Shown here one piece after another: positions 48,286-60,217 of a stretch of 64,000 nucleotides of DNA. A program made the translations under genes and the position numbers. Under the pieces are notes generated by a model. That model saw nothing but the letters and a program-made list of their open reading frames with translations. It was not told where the DNA came from and did no database searches. Origin of the DNA: an uncultured Clostridia bacterium (lineage in GTDB: Bacteria; Bacillota; Clostridia; Christensenellales; UBA1242). Position 1 is the stretch's first letter. Each line of letters starts with the position of its first letter. The DNA is taken from NCBI GenBank assembly GCA_944377455.1, contig CALWEZ010000001.1:4894-68893 (forward strand), read 5' to 3'.

Positions 48286-48344
48286 CGAAAAAAGTATAAT
48301 GCCTGCATATCAAAGTTTCTGTTAAAATATTTATCAACATTATG

Positions 48345-48378
48345 AAAAAATATCTCTAATTAATTAGAGGTATTTTTT
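48345..48378. terminator. Bidirectional terminator at the convergence of the + and - strand gene blocks
   Basis: A6 run, then the palindrome CTCTAATTAATTAGAG (extendable), then a T6 run. Lies between the 1971-aa gene stop (48285) and the metG stop (48443). Confidence 0.7.
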
Positions 48379-48442
48379 ACATATTTTTTAATATCACTAT
48401 CTCTTTTTTAATTATGAATAAAAAGTGTTGTAAGTTATCTTT

Positions 48443-50137
48443 TTACTTCCCTTCCAACTCTTTTTTGTAGCGTTCGATGGTTTCGTCGTCTAGGCGCATA
48501 AAGAGTGGTTTTGGAAAGCTTGTTTTATGCGATTTTGGAATGTTGATTTTGGAGACTTCTTCCCAAAGTCCGTTTTCATCTGGGCGACCAGAAAAGCCGA
48601 GTTGTTCCCAAATTTCCGCGGTCTTTGTTGGCATGATTGGGCTTCCAACAATGGCAAGCGACTTTGCCATATTGAGACATAAATAAAGCACCTTTTTTGC
48701 ACCTTCCACATCGCCGTTTTTGATAAGTGACCATGGCGCAGTTTTCTCAAGATAGGTGTTTCCAATAGACGCGAAACGCATAATTTCTTTATATGCCGCT
48801 CTAAATTCTGTCTGTTTGAATAGGTCTGCGGTTGTTGTTGGGCAGGTGGAGATAGCGTCCACCATTTCCTTATCATTTTCGTCCAACTTATCTTTTATAT
48901 CCTCAAAATCAATGCTGATTTCGCCACCAAAATTTTTGTTTATCATGTTGAGAGTGCGGTTAAAGAAGTTGCCATACTTTCCAACAAGTTCGGCATTGGT
49001 GTTGAGTTTGAAACCTTCGTATGAGAAGTCGCTATCCTTGTTTTCAGGGAAGATGGAAAGTAGGTATGCGCGAAGCGAGTCGATGTCGATGTCAGAATTT
49101 AGCAAACTTTCGCAGAAAATTCCCACCTTTTTGGACTTAGAGAACTTTTGACCTTCAAAATTCAAAAAGTTGAAGCCGACAACGTTGTGTGCAAGGTTAT
49201 ATTTCTTGCTTCCAAGTTCCACACATGGGAAGAAAACAGCGTGAAAATCAATGTTGTCCTTGCCGATAAAGTTGTATATCTCGCAGTCCTTGTTTTGCCA
49301 GCGGTCTTTAACCATTTCATCTCCGCCAAGTTCCTTTGTTATGGAGATGTAGCCGATAGGCGCGTCAAACCACACATAGAAGACTTTATCTTCAAAGCCC
49401 TTAAGTGGCACTTTAATTCCCCATTGGATGTCACGCGTTATGCAACGAGGATTAAGCCCTTCGTTTATCCACTTCATTGCCATGTTGTAAACGTATGGGC
49501 GGAAGATGTCTTTCTTGGTGTCTAGCCACTTTTTAAGTTCATTTTGCAATTTGTCGAGACGGATGTATAGGTGCTTGGTGTTCTTAAACACGGCATCGTT
49601 GCCACAGAAATAGCACTTAGGATTTTTAAGTTCTTCAATATCGTAGGTCTTTCCGCAGTTGTCGCATTGGTCGCCATACGCTTTGTCATATCCACAATAT
49701 GGGCAGGTGCCATAGACGAACCTGTCAGCAAGGGCGGTTTTGTCGTGCTCACAATAGCACATCTTGCTTTCCTTTTCTGAGATGTAGCCATTCTTATTTA
49801 ACTCGTTGAAGATTTCGCAGGTTATTTCAGCATGCTCTTTGGTGTTTGTGCCACTGAAAATGTCGAACTTGATGTTGAGTTTGTCGGCGATGGTCTTCAT
49901 CTTATCGTTCATCATCTTGATGTAGTCGCTCGGCTCCATATTGAGTTTTTTCGCGCTTATATAACTTGTTGTGCCGTAGTCATCCGTTCCGCTGACATAG
50001 ATGGTGTCGTTGCCGTAGGTGCGATTGAAACGCGCAAAAATGTCTCCAGGAAGCCAACATCCAGCCACATGGCCAAGGTGTGGAAGCCCGTTGATGTATA
50101 GAAGAGCGCTTGTGACTAAAATTTTTTTCTTTTCCAT
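48443..50137 (-). CDS. metG: Methionyl-tRNA synthetase
   Basis: Class I HIGH-type motif (NGLPHLGHVAG), KMSKS-type motif (KFSKSK), and a Zn knuckle (CPYCGYDKAYGDQCDNCG). Confidence 0.93.
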   Translation of the reverse strand: MEKKKILVTSALLYINGLPHLGHVAGCWLPGDIFARFNRTYGNDTIYVSGTDDYGTTSYISAKKLNMEPSDYIKMMNDKMKTIADKLNIKFDIFSGTNTKEHAEITCEIFNELNKNGYISEKESKMCYCEHDKTALADRFVYGTCPYCGYDKAYGDQCDNCGKTYDIEELKNPKCYFCGNDAVFKNTKHLYIRLDKLQNELKKWLDTKKDIFRPYVYNMAMKWINEGLNPRCITRDIQWGIKVPLKGFEDKVFYVWFDAPIGYISITKELGGDEMVKDRWQNKDCEIYNFIGKDNIDFHAVFFPCVELGSKKYNLAHNVVGFNFLNFEGQKFSKSKKVGIFCESLLNSDIDIDSLRAYLLSIFPENKDSDFSYEGFKLNTNAELVGKYGNFFNRTLNMINKNFGGEISIDFEDIKDKLDENDKEMVDAISTCPTTTADLFKQTEFRAAYKEIMRFASIGNTYLEKTAPWSLIKNGDVEGAKKVLYLCLNMAKSLAIVGSPIMPTKTAEIWEQLGFSGRPDENGLWEEVSKINIPKSHKTSFPKPLFMRLDDETIERYKKELEGK

Positions 50138-50332
50138 ATTTACCTCTTTATTATCAAATTTTAATTAATTTTTTAGTTTTTTTCAAAATATTTGCTAATT
50201 TTTCGCAATATTTGCTAAATTTATATATTATTTTCATATTTTTGGTTTAATTTTATATTTAAATATTTTTTGCAATATTAAAATTTTACCAAACTTAGAA
50301 TTTATTTTTTACACATTTAAACTTAAATCTCA

Positions 50333-51625
50333 TTAAACTTTAAGTTTTTGTAAAATTTCATCAAAATTCAATTTTTCTTGCGCGCCAGAGCGCATATCTT
50401 TTAGAGTGTAGCAGGACGATTTCACTTCATCTTCGCCTAAGATTAAAATGTAAGGAAGATTGCGCTTGTTTGCTTCTTTCATCTTCGCCTTAAAAGATTT
50501 GGTTTCGTTGATGATGTCCGCTTTAACTCCGCTCTCTCTAAACTTAGTCATAAGACTGAGTCCAGCGTTTAAGGTTTCGTCAAAGGTGATTATTCCTAAA
50601 TCTACGCTGTTAAGATTTTCGGTGTCAAGCAAGTTTTCGCTCTTCAAAATATCAAATAGGCGAGTGATGCCGATGCTCATGCCAACGCCTTGCATCTTGA
50701 CGTCCATAAAGTTTTTGCAAAGGTTGTCATACCTTCCGCCACCACCGATAGCGCCAAGATTTCGCTTGCTCTTGATGTAGCATTCAAACACAGTGCCAGT
50801 GTAGTAGTCATGTCCGCGCACGATGGAAAGATTGTAGGTGTAGTTTTCCATGCCCAGCGCTCTTAATCTATCGTCTAAAACGCCAAGTTCTTCAAGTCCC
50901 TTTTGGAAAGTTTCGTTGTCGCACATGACAGAGAGTGATTTAATTTTGTCAATATCTCCGCTTGTGCTTATGATTTTTAATGTTCTTTCAATATCTGAAC
51001 CTGACAACCCTTTTTCTTTAAAAAGCGAAACAATCTCGTCTTTTGGCAACTTGTCAATCTTGTCGACGATGGTCATAAGGTCAACAACGTTTCCGCCCAA
51101 ATTTTCAAAGTAGCCAGCGAGAATTTTTCTGTTGGAAATTTCCACAACAACATCAAGGTTAAGTTCCTTAAAGCATGGCGCGTATAACTTTATGCACTCG
51201 GCGTCGTAGGTGAGTGGCAATTCTTCGCCGATGATGTCAGCATCGCACTGATAAAACTCACGAAATCTTCCTTTTTGTGGGCGTTCTCCACGATAAACTT
51301 TACCAATTTGATAGCGTTTGAACGGAAAATCTAAAACATTGTAATTTCCAGCCACAAAGCGAGCAAGTGGCACGGTCAAATCATATCTAAGGCAGATGTC
51401 GGCATGCCCTTTTGTGAAACGATAGATTTCTTTATCCACATCTCCGCCACTTTTGGCAAGCAGTATCTCGCTAAACTCCGCAACAGGCGTGTCGAGAGGT
51501 AGGAAGCAGTTATTTTCAAACACTTTTCTTAAGCGAGCAAGCATGTTTTCAAATAAAACCTCTTCCTTAGGCATAAGTTCCCAGAAGCCTTGAATTTTTC
51601 TTGGTGCAATCAATTTGTTTTCCAA
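50333..51625 (-). CDS. hisS: Histidyl-tRNA synthetase
   Basis: TTG start 8 nt after AGGAG. Class II motifs (RYDLTVPLARF, FKRYQIGKVYRGERPQKGRFREFYQCD, GGGGRYDNL) and a C-terminal anticodon-binding domain. Confidence 0.9.
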   Translation of the reverse strand: MENKLIAPRKIQGFWELMPKEEVLFENMLARLRKVFENNCFLPLDTPVAEFSEILLAKSGGDVDKEIYRFTKGHADICLRYDLTVPLARFVAGNYNVLDFPFKRYQIGKVYRGERPQKGRFREFYQCDADIIGEELPLTYDAECIKLYAPCFKELNLDVVVEISNRKILAGYFENLGGNVVDLMTIVDKIDKLPKDEIVSLFKEKGLSGSDIERTLKIISTSGDIDKIKSLSVMCDNETFQKGLEELGVLDDRLRALGMENYTYNLSIVRGHDYYTGTVFECYIKSKRNLGAIGGGGRYDNLCKNFMDVKMQGVGMSIGITRLFDILKSENLLDTENLNSVDLGIITFDETLNAGLSLMTKFRESGVKADIINETKSFKAKMKEANKRNLPYILILGEDEVKSSCYTLKDMRSGAQEKLNFDEILQKLKV

Positions 51626-51722
51626 TTTTAACTCCTAAAATTTTAATAGATATTTTAACATTATTAAGTTAAAATATTTTCTTTCGAAAAAATCTTTTAT
51701 ATAGCCAAATTTCGATATATTA

Positions 51723-51751
51723 AGTATAACGCTAACGCATAGAAAAGTCAA
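51723..51751 (-). promoter_or_regulatory. Promoter of hisS
   Basis: On the - strand: TTGACT, 17-nt spacer, TATACT. Confidence 0.55.
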
Positions 51752-51799
51752 TTATTGTTAGCAAAAATAAGCGTCGCACTTTAAAAATTCGCCTAAAAT

Positions 51800-51901
51800 T
51801 TATCCACAATAAATTTTTATACACATCTGTTTATCTTTATACATTGCATAAAAAAGTGGATAAAAGTGGAGAAATCCACATAAGTTATCCACATTTCCAC
51901 A
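51800..51901. promoter_or_regulatory. DnaA-box cluster
   Basis: Two perfect TTATCCACA boxes at 51800-51808 and 51885-51893. One-mismatch boxes: TTATACACA (51817-51825) and AGTGGATAA (51855-51863, reverse orientation). Three two-mismatch boxes lie at 51865-51873, 51872-51880 and 51893-51901. Very AT-rich DNA flanks the cluster to 52136. Confidence 0.6.
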
Positions 51902-52136
51902 TTGTTTTTTGAGTTTTTATACATTTTTCGCGCTTTTAAGCGTTTTATATCAAAAATTAATCAACTGCATTTTTGCATAAAGATAATAAACTATGCATAA
52001 AATAAAAGTTTTATAATTTACAATATTTTAAATAGCAAATTTGCATGTATAAAAATTCGTTATGAAAAGATAATTATATAATTAAAAACGATTTTTCTTT
52101 ATCAAATTGTCGCTGATTGCTTCTCTAATATTTTAA

Positions 52137-54152
52137 CTATTTCTTTGTTAAAAATCTACTTGGTTTTTTATCCGCTATGAAGTATAGGTTGTGAAGCGCG
52201 CGAGTGGAAGCGACATAGAGAAGATTGCGGTCAAGTTCATTATGATAGTTTTCATCATTTGCAAATGGAATGATAACCACGTCAAATTCCACGCCCTTCG
52301 AGTTTATGATGGTGCTTAGAAGAGTCTTGCTTTCGGTCATTTCCTTCTCTTCATCCAAAACCTCAAAGGTGTTAATAAATTTGCTAGCCTTTTGCAGAGA
52401 TTTAATCTCTTTCATATCCTTGCATACGACGCAGACAGTTTGGTCTCTATGAGATTTGACAACCTCTTCAATCTTTTGAACGGTGTTTTTTGTTCTATAG
52501 AATTCCACCTCATCGCCATTTCTGTTGACATTGTTTGCCACTTTTTTGCCGAGTATCTTTTGTGAGAATTTGGCGATTTGCATGGTGCTTCGATATGATT
52601 TATTCAAATAGTAGATTTTTGCCTTGATTTCTTTCGCGAGCAGGCTTAAATAGTCTTTGGATAGATTTTTGTCGATGCTTTGATTGATATCGCCGAGATA
52701 CATCTTAGGGCAGTGCCAAATCTTTTCAAAGAGATAGAAGTGGCACGGCGAGTAGTCTTGCATCTCATCGACAACCACATATTTTGCGTCGTAATTGTGG
52801 TCGAAGCCGAATAAATTCTCTTTAATTAAGAGTATCGGTGCGATATCGTAGGCGCTAATCTCTTGCACTTCGTCAAGTTCCACCGAGCGAAGAAAGATGT
52901 TGTATATTCTCACGCAGTCGGTGGTGATCATTTTATTGTATAAAAGTTTCTTTGCGCGATTGTAGAAGTGGATATTTTTTGCGCGAGGCACATTGAAAAG
53001 GTCGACGATGTGTTCGGCAATCGTCTCAATTCGCTTGTAGATAGGTAAATTTTTAAGTTTGTTGTAGTAGATGTCTCTAATTTCCTCTTCCGTAATCACA
53101 AGCGTGCCGAAAACCATGGTTTTAGGTATGAAAAGGTTGCAGATGTCGTTGTTTAAAAAGTTTTTAAAGTCCTCCAAAAATTCAAAACTATACTTTATGG
53201 CGATGTTTTCAAAGTCCTTTTGCGAGCCCGAAGTTATCAGTTTGTCGAGTTGTTGCTCGCGCGAGATAAAGTCCTGCCCGAGCAGTTTTCTTGCCATGGT
53301 GGAGAAAGTGGTTGTGAAAGGTTTATCATCGCCAAGTGATGGCAAAACCTCATCGATGTAATCGGCAAAAAGTTCGCTAGGCGAGAGAATTAAAACATCC
53401 TCATTTTTCAGCGTTTTGCGATATTTATATAGTAGGTAACTCACGCGGTGCATGGCAACCGAGGTCTTTCCAGAGCCTGCCACACCTTGCACGATGACGT
53501 TCTTAAGTTCGTTCTCTCTTATAAGTGTGTTTTGCTCTTTCTGTATGGTGGAAACGATGTCGTGCATCTTAGCGGAGGAGTTTTTGGATAGTTCCTCCAT
53601 CAAGATGTTATCGTCAATAACAAGGTTAGAGTCGATATAGTATTTCATCACGCCTTGCTCAATTTTAAACTGTCTTTTAAGTGAAAGTTCGCCCTTTATT
53701 TCGCCTTCAGGGCAGGTGTAGGAGGTGCGCCCTAAAACATCGTCATAGTAAAGCGAAGATATGTCGGCACGCCAGTCATAGACCATATTCACATGTTCGC
53801 TGTTTTGAAGGTGACCGATGCCGATATAGTAACTTTTTGGTTCACTTTCGCCATCCGCCTTAAACTCAAATTTGCCAAAGAATGGCGCTTTCTTTTGTTT
53901 TTTAAGGCGGTTAGCAAGTTTAGTTAAAGTGAGGTTGTTCTGCTCTAAACTTTCAATTTGAACATTGATTTCTGCAATTTCTCCGCCGTCTTTGTTTATC
54001 TCATAGAAGTTTTCTGCAAAATATTTTTTATAGTTTTGAATTTGTTTTAGATTGCCAATATAGGTTATTTGACTCTTCTCATAATTTTCATCGATATTCT
54101 TTTGAACAGCACTTAAATATTTCTTTTCTTTTTCCAAAATTTTATTGTTCAT
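52137..54152 (-). CDS. helD: UvrD-like superfamily 1 helicase, HelD (helicase IV / RNA polymerase recycling factor) type
   Basis: Walker A motif VQGVAGSGKTSVAMHRVSYLLY lies after a non-helicase N-terminal region of about 200 aa. Also DEMQD, a YRST motif, and C-terminal GVEFDVVII...LYVASTRALH. Confidence 0.75.
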   Translation of the reverse strand: MNNKILEKEKKYLSAVQKNIDENYEKSQITYIGNLKQIQNYKKYFAENFYEINKDGGEIAEINVQIESLEQNNLTLTKLANRLKKQKKAPFFGKFEFKADGESEPKSYYIGIGHLQNSEHVNMVYDWRADISSLYYDDVLGRTSYTCPEGEIKGELSLKRQFKIEQGVMKYYIDSNLVIDDNILMEELSKNSSAKMHDIVSTIQKEQNTLIRENELKNVIVQGVAGSGKTSVAMHRVSYLLYKYRKTLKNEDVLILSPSELFADYIDEVLPSLGDDKPFTTTFSTMARKLLGQDFISREQQLDKLITSGSQKDFENIAIKYSFEFLEDFKNFLNNDICNLFIPKTMVFGTLVITEEEIRDIYYNKLKNLPIYKRIETIAEHIVDLFNVPRAKNIHFYNRAKKLLYNKMITTDCVRIYNIFLRSVELDEVQEISAYDIAPILLIKENLFGFDHNYDAKYVVVDEMQDYSPCHFYLFEKIWHCPKMYLGDINQSIDKNLSKDYLSLLAKEIKAKIYYLNKSYRSTMQIAKFSQKILGKKVANNVNRNGDEVEFYRTKNTVQKIEEVVKSHRDQTVCVVCKDMKEIKSLQKASKFINTFEVLDEEKEMTESKTLLSTIINSKGVEFDVVIIPFANDENYHNELDRNLLYVASTRALHNLYFIADKKPSRFLTKK

Positions 54153-54275
54153 ATCCTCTCCAAAACAGTAAAAATTTTTTTCGCATAAATTATAGCATAA
54201 AACATATGAAAAAATAAAGAAAAATCAATAAAAATATGAAAATTAGCCAAAAAAATTACACTATTTTATTTTAAT

Positions 54276-54306
54276 ATAAAAAAAGAAGTAAGGTTTGCCT
54301 TACTTC
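54276..54306 (-). terminator. Rho-independent terminator after gyrA
   Basis: On the - strand: GAAGTAAGG-caaa-CCTTACTTC followed by a T7 run. Confidence 0.75.
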
Positions 54307-54312
54307 ATATTT

Positions 54313-56895
54313 TTATTCTTCTTCGTTGTCGGTTGTAACTTCTTCGCTTTCCGCGGTTTCTATTTCAGGTTGCTCGGCTATTTCATCTGCTTTTTCGCCT
54401 TCGATGTTTTCTTCGTTTTCCGCGTTTTCTTCATCTTCATCACGCTTGGTGACTGCCACGCTGACGATATGTGAGCCATTTCGAAGTTTCATAACTTTCA
54501 CTCCTTGGCTGACACGCGAGATTGTGCTGATATCGGACACGTGCGTTCTTATTATCACGCCATTGTCGGCAATCATAACAAGGTCGCAGTCCTCTTCAAC
54601 CTCTTTTAGTGCCACAAGTTTTCCAGTCTTTTCGTTGAACACGCCAGCCTTCACACCCATACCGCCACGCTGTTGAAGCCTAAACTCGTCAGTCTCCGTC
54701 TGTTTGCCATAGCCATTTTCGGAGATTGTGACAATCTTCTTTCCGTCATGGATGATAGCCATGTCGATAACGCAGTCCTCAGCGCCAAGTTTCATGCTTC
54801 TAACGCCTTGACTGTCTCTGCCAACTTGACGCACATCGGTTTCGTTGAAACGGATACACTTTCCTTCGCGGGAGGCGATTAAGATGTCATCGCGACCAGT
54901 TGTGACGTCCACACCGATGAGTTCGTCGCCGTCGAGTAGTTTTATCGCAATCTTTCCGCCTTTACGGATGTTGTCGTATTCGCTTAATGGAGTTTTCTTA
55001 ATAAGCCCGTTCTTTGTTGCCATTATGAGATTGCCCTTGGTATCTTTTTTAATAGGTATGATTGTTGCCACTTTTTCGCCAAGTGAAAGTTGCAAAAGGT
55101 TAATCATCGCTCTTCCTTTTGCTTGACGTTGAGCCTCTGGAATTTCATACGCTTTAAGCGAATACACTTTGCCTAAGTTTGTGAAGAAATAGAGGTCGTC
55201 ATGAGTGGAGGTGACAAATATCTTCTCCACAAAGTCCTCATCCTTTGTCTTATGAGCGGTGATACCAACTCCGCCACGATGTTGAGCCTTGTATTCATCC
55301 ATAGCCATGCGCTTGATGTAGCCCATGTGCGTCATGGAGACGATGACATCCTCTTCGGCAATCAAATCCTCAATGTCAATTCCGCCCATATCCATGCTTA
55401 TCTCTGTTCTTCTCTCGTCGCCATAGGTGTTTTTAATCTCTTCAAGGTTGTCGCGGATTATTTGAAGAACGCGTGAAGGGGTGTCGAGAATATTTTGTAA
55501 ATCTTCAATCTTTCGCTCTAGTTCGGCTAGTTCCTCTTTAAGTTTTTCTACTTCCAAATTGGTAAGTTTACTTAAAGTCATGTCAAGGATAGCGGTTGCT
55601 TGAATTTCGTCAAGTTCAAAGTTATTTACAAGGTTGACTCTAGCGTCATTCTTATCCTTTGATGCTTTGATAACTCTAACAACCTCGTCAATCGAGGCGA
55701 GTGCAATAACTAAGCCTTTGACGATATGTTCGCGTTCTTTCGCTTTTTTAAGGTCGAACTTAGTTTTGCGTATTAAGACCTCTTTTTGATGTTCAAGGTA
55801 GTAATAGAGCATTTCCTTTAAGTTCAAAACTCTTGGCACGCCGTTGACAAGCGCAAGCATGATAATTCCACTAGACTGTTGAAGCATGGTGTGTTTATAG
55901 AGCGAGTTCAAAACGACCTGTGCGTTGGCATCCTTCTTAACATCCACAACAACTCTAAGTCCGTCTCTGTCGCTTTCCTCTTTGATATCGCTTATCCCTT
56001 CCAACTTTTTGTTTTTAACCATGTCGGCAATCTGCGTGATAAAGCGCGCCTTGTTCACTTGATAAGGAAGTTCCGTGATGACAATTCTTTGGCGATTAGA
56101 GCCTGTCTCTTCAATCTCCGCTCTGCCACGCACCAAAATACCGCCACGGCCGGTCTTATATGCGTGCTTAACCGCAGTTCTTCCCATGATTATTCCGCCT
56201 GTTGGATAGTCAGGGGCAGGGATAATCTTAATGAGTTCGTCAATGTCGATGTCTGGGTTGTCGATAAGCGCTTGCACACCGCTAATAACCTCTCTTAAGT
56301 TGTGAGGCGGGATGTTTGTTGCCATGCCGACCGCAATGCCGTCAGCACCATTGACTAAAAGATTTGGAAATTTTGCTGGAAGCACGGTTGGTTGCATCAA
56401 GGTGTCATCGAAGTTTGGATAGAAATCTACCGTTTCCTTGTCGATATCTTCAAGCATAAGTGAAGCAATCTTACTTAGCCTTGCCTCGGTGTAACGCTGA
56501 GCGGCTGGTGGGTCGCCGTCGACCGAGCCGAAGTTTCCGTGTCCGTCAACAAGTGGATAGCGAATGGAAAAGTCTTGCGCTAAGCGCACAAGTGCGTCAT
56601 AGATGGAACTGTCGCCATGTGGGTGGTATTTACGCATAACTTCGCCGACAATTCTCGCACTTTTCTTGTGAGCTTTGTCGTAGAAGTTGTTTAGTTCGCC
56701 CATGCTGAAAAGTATTCTTCTATGCACAGGCTTCAAGCCATCGCGAACATCAGGAATGGCACGGCTGACATTGACCGCCATGGCGTAGGAGATGAAGGAT
56801 TTTTTAAGTTCTCCAATCACTTCCACCTTTTCGACTTTTTCGTTTTCCATTAACTCTTTTAAACTTTTCTTTTCTTCTTCTTTCTTATTGCTCAT
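54313..56895 (-). CDS. gyrA: DNA gyrase subunit A
   Basis: [25 protein letters not shown], the active-site region [10 protein letters not shown], the QRDR-type motif [15 protein letters not shown]-terminal beta-pinwheel repeats and an acidic tail. Confidence 0.97.
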   Translation of the reverse strand: MSNKKEEEKKSLKELMENEKVEKVEVIGELKKSFISYAMAVNVSRAIPDVRDGLKPVHRRILFSMGELNNFYDKAHKKSARIVGEVMRKYHPHGDSSIYDALVRLAQDFSIRYPLVDGHGNFGSVDGDPPAAQRYTEARLSKIASLMLEDIDKETVDFYPNFDDTLMQPTVLPAKFPNLLVNGADGIAVGMATNIPPHNLREVISGVQALIDNPDIDIDELIKIIPAPDYPTGGIIMGRTAVKHAYKTGRGGILVRGRAEIEETGSNRQRIVITELPYQVNKARFITQIADMVKNKKLEGISDIKEESDRDGLRVVVDVKKDANAQVVLNSLYKHTMLQQSSGIIMLALVNGVPRVLNLKEMLYYYLEHQKEVLIRKTKFDLKKAKEREHIVKGLVIALASIDEVVRVIKASKDKNDARVNLVNNFELDEIQATAILDMTLSKLTNLEVEKLKEELAELERKIEDLQNILDTPSRVLQIIRDNLEEIKNTYGDERRTEISMDMGGIDIEDLIAEEDVIVSMTHMGYIKRMAMDEYKAQHRGGVGITAHKTKDEDFVEKIFVTSTHDDLYFFTNLGKVYSLKAYEIPEAQRQAKGRAMINLLQLSLGEKVATIIPIKKDTKGNLIMATKNGLIKKTPLSEYDNIRKGGKIAIKLLDGDELIGVDVTTGRDDILIASREGKCIRFNETDVRQVGRDSQGVRSMKLGAEDCVIDMAIIHDGKKIVTISENGYGKQTETDEFRLQQRGGMGVKAGVFNEKTGKLVALKEVEEDCDLVMIADNGVIIRTHVSDISTISRVSQGVKVMKLRNGSHIVSVAVTKRDEDEENAENEENIEGEKADEIAEQPEIETAESEEVTTDNEEE

Positions 56896-57064
56896 TGGTT
56901 TTCCTTTTATATAGTCCTAAAAGACCTTTATCTTTAAATAACTTTTGTCTATCTAAATTTTGTTGTTTCAGAATTAGTCTCGCTTGTTATTATAACGCTC
57001 AGTAAAATATAGTAATTTTTTCTATAAAATTGTAGATGACTTTCGCTTGAATATTTTGACTTAT

Positions 57065-57445
57065 TTATCGCTGTTTATCTAGCTTTGTTTCTGTATAAGC
57101 ATTAATTGCTTCAGCAAAACGCTTAGGTCCTTGCTCCATGAGTTCCTCCAAAGTTTCTTCAAAGGAAGGGTTTGGATAGCGTTTTAAAACCTCTTTATGT
57201 TTTGGCTCTTTTTCTAGCATGCCATAGAACTGCTTGTAGGTGACATCTTGATTGTCAAAAAGATAGTAATAGACACTTTTAACTCTCTCTAATTCCGCTT
57301 TGCTCACATATGGCAAACTTTTTGTTTGGGGAAAGACTCTGTCTCCAAAAACAGGCAAATCTTTAATCGGCTTGCCAACTTCAGCCATTTCGTTTTCGTC
57401 TTCTTCTTGCACAGGGTGGTGGGTTATATACTCGCTAAAAACCAT
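57065..57445 (-). CDS. Hypothetical protein (126 aa), last gene of the gyrB-gyrA insertion
   Basis: RBS AAGGAG. The start abuts the stop of the upstream MazG-like gene. No family recognised. Confidence 0.6.
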   Translation of the reverse strand: MVFSEYITHHPVQEEDENEMAEVGKPIKDLPVFGDRVFPQTKSLPYVSKAELERVKSVYYYLFDNQDVTYKQFYGMLEKEPKHKEVLKRYPNPSFEETLEELMEQGPKRFAEAINAYTETKLDKQR

Positions 57446-57769
57446 CTAATTCTCCTTCTTTATTTTAAACTTTTTCGCTCTTTCCGCGCCTTTTTCAATT
57501 TTTTCCTGTTTAATCTTATTGATTTCGTCAAATCCATCGAACATATAGGCAAGTTCTTCAATGCAGATTTCGACATCTGCAATTCCGTCTAAGATTTTAT
57601 AGCGAAGTTCCTTTTCATCAGTGTCAACATCTTCGCATTTTCTTTTATATTTACAAATTGCCTTAATTAACTCGCTTAGTTCTTCAATGTTAATTCTCAT
57701 GATGTAGTCATCGCCAAAGGTTTCCATAAAGTTTTTATAAGGATTGTTACTTTTCTTTTCCATCATCAC
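57446..57769 (-). CDS. MazG-like all-alpha NTP pyrophosphohydrolase family protein, paralog 2 (second metal motif degenerate)
   Basis: EELSELIKAICKYKR (EExxE) is retained, but the second motif reads LDGIADV instead of EExxD. About 35-40% identical to the adjacent paralog by eye. Overlaps it by 4 nt (ATGA). Confidence 0.45.
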   Translation of the reverse strand: MMMEKKSNNPYKNFMETFGDDYIMRINIEELSELIKAICKYKRKCEDVDTDEKELRYKILDGIADVEICIEELAYMFDGFDEINKIKQEKIEKGAERAKKFKIKKEN

Positions 57770-58068
57770 TCCTTTTTCGCGCGTTCAAGCCCTCTAGTCA
57801 ACTTAAACTCCTTCATCTCATCCACTTTTTGCGTGCCGAAGATGTATGCAAGAATATCGGTCATCATCGAAACATCGGCTGTTTCTTCAATAATATCACT
57901 CTTTAGTCTCTCTTTTTCACTCGCGTCGGCGGTTTTAAAGTGTCGTTTGTACTTACAGATTGCCTTTGTAAGTTCGCTCATCTCTTCGATTGCCCAATCA
58001 AGTTGAGCCTCTTCGCCATAGACATCCAAAAAAGTTTGATAAGGACTTTTCTTTTTGATTTTAATCAT
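57766..58068 (-). CDS. MazG-like all-alpha NTP pyrophosphohydrolase family protein, paralog 1
   Basis: A 100-aa protein with EEMSELTKAICKYKR, then about 25 aa, then IIEETADVSMM. This is the EExxE...EExxD metal-binding pattern of small MazG/YpjD-like proteins. Starts 30 nt after gyrB. Confidence 0.5.
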   Translation of the reverse strand: MIKIKKKSPYQTFLDVYGEEAQLDWAIEEMSELTKAICKYKRHFKTADASEKERLKSDIIEETADVSMMTDILAYIFGTQKVDEMKEFKLTRGLERAKKE

Positions 58069-58098
58069 TTTCTCTCCTAAATTTTTGAATAAATATAA

Positions 58099-60163
<2,065 letters not shown>

Positions 60164-60183
60164 GAATATGAGAAAATTTAAAG

Positions 60184-60212
60184 AAAAAACTTATGATTAA
60201 ACATAAGTTTTT
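60184..60212 (-). terminator. Terminator after the 407-aa gene
   Basis: CTTATG-tttaat-CATAAG hairpin (extendable with A/T pairs), flanked by A6 and T5-6 runs. Confidence 0.6.
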
Positions 60213-60217
60213 GTTCG

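Noticed and set aside
48286-48442. Replication terminus at the convergence of the + strand block (1-48.3 kb) and the - strand block (48.4-64 kb)
   Set aside because: Convergent gene orientation alone is not sufficient. No dif/Ter-like motif was recognised, and GC skew cannot be computed reliably by eye. The only supported feature here is a bidirectional terminator.
56896-57064. Separate gyrA promoter or regulatory hairpin in the 169-bp gap upstream of gyrA
   Set aside because: Only a TATAAT with a poor -35 element (AATTAC) was found, and no convincing stem-loop. The evidence is insufficient to call a feature.
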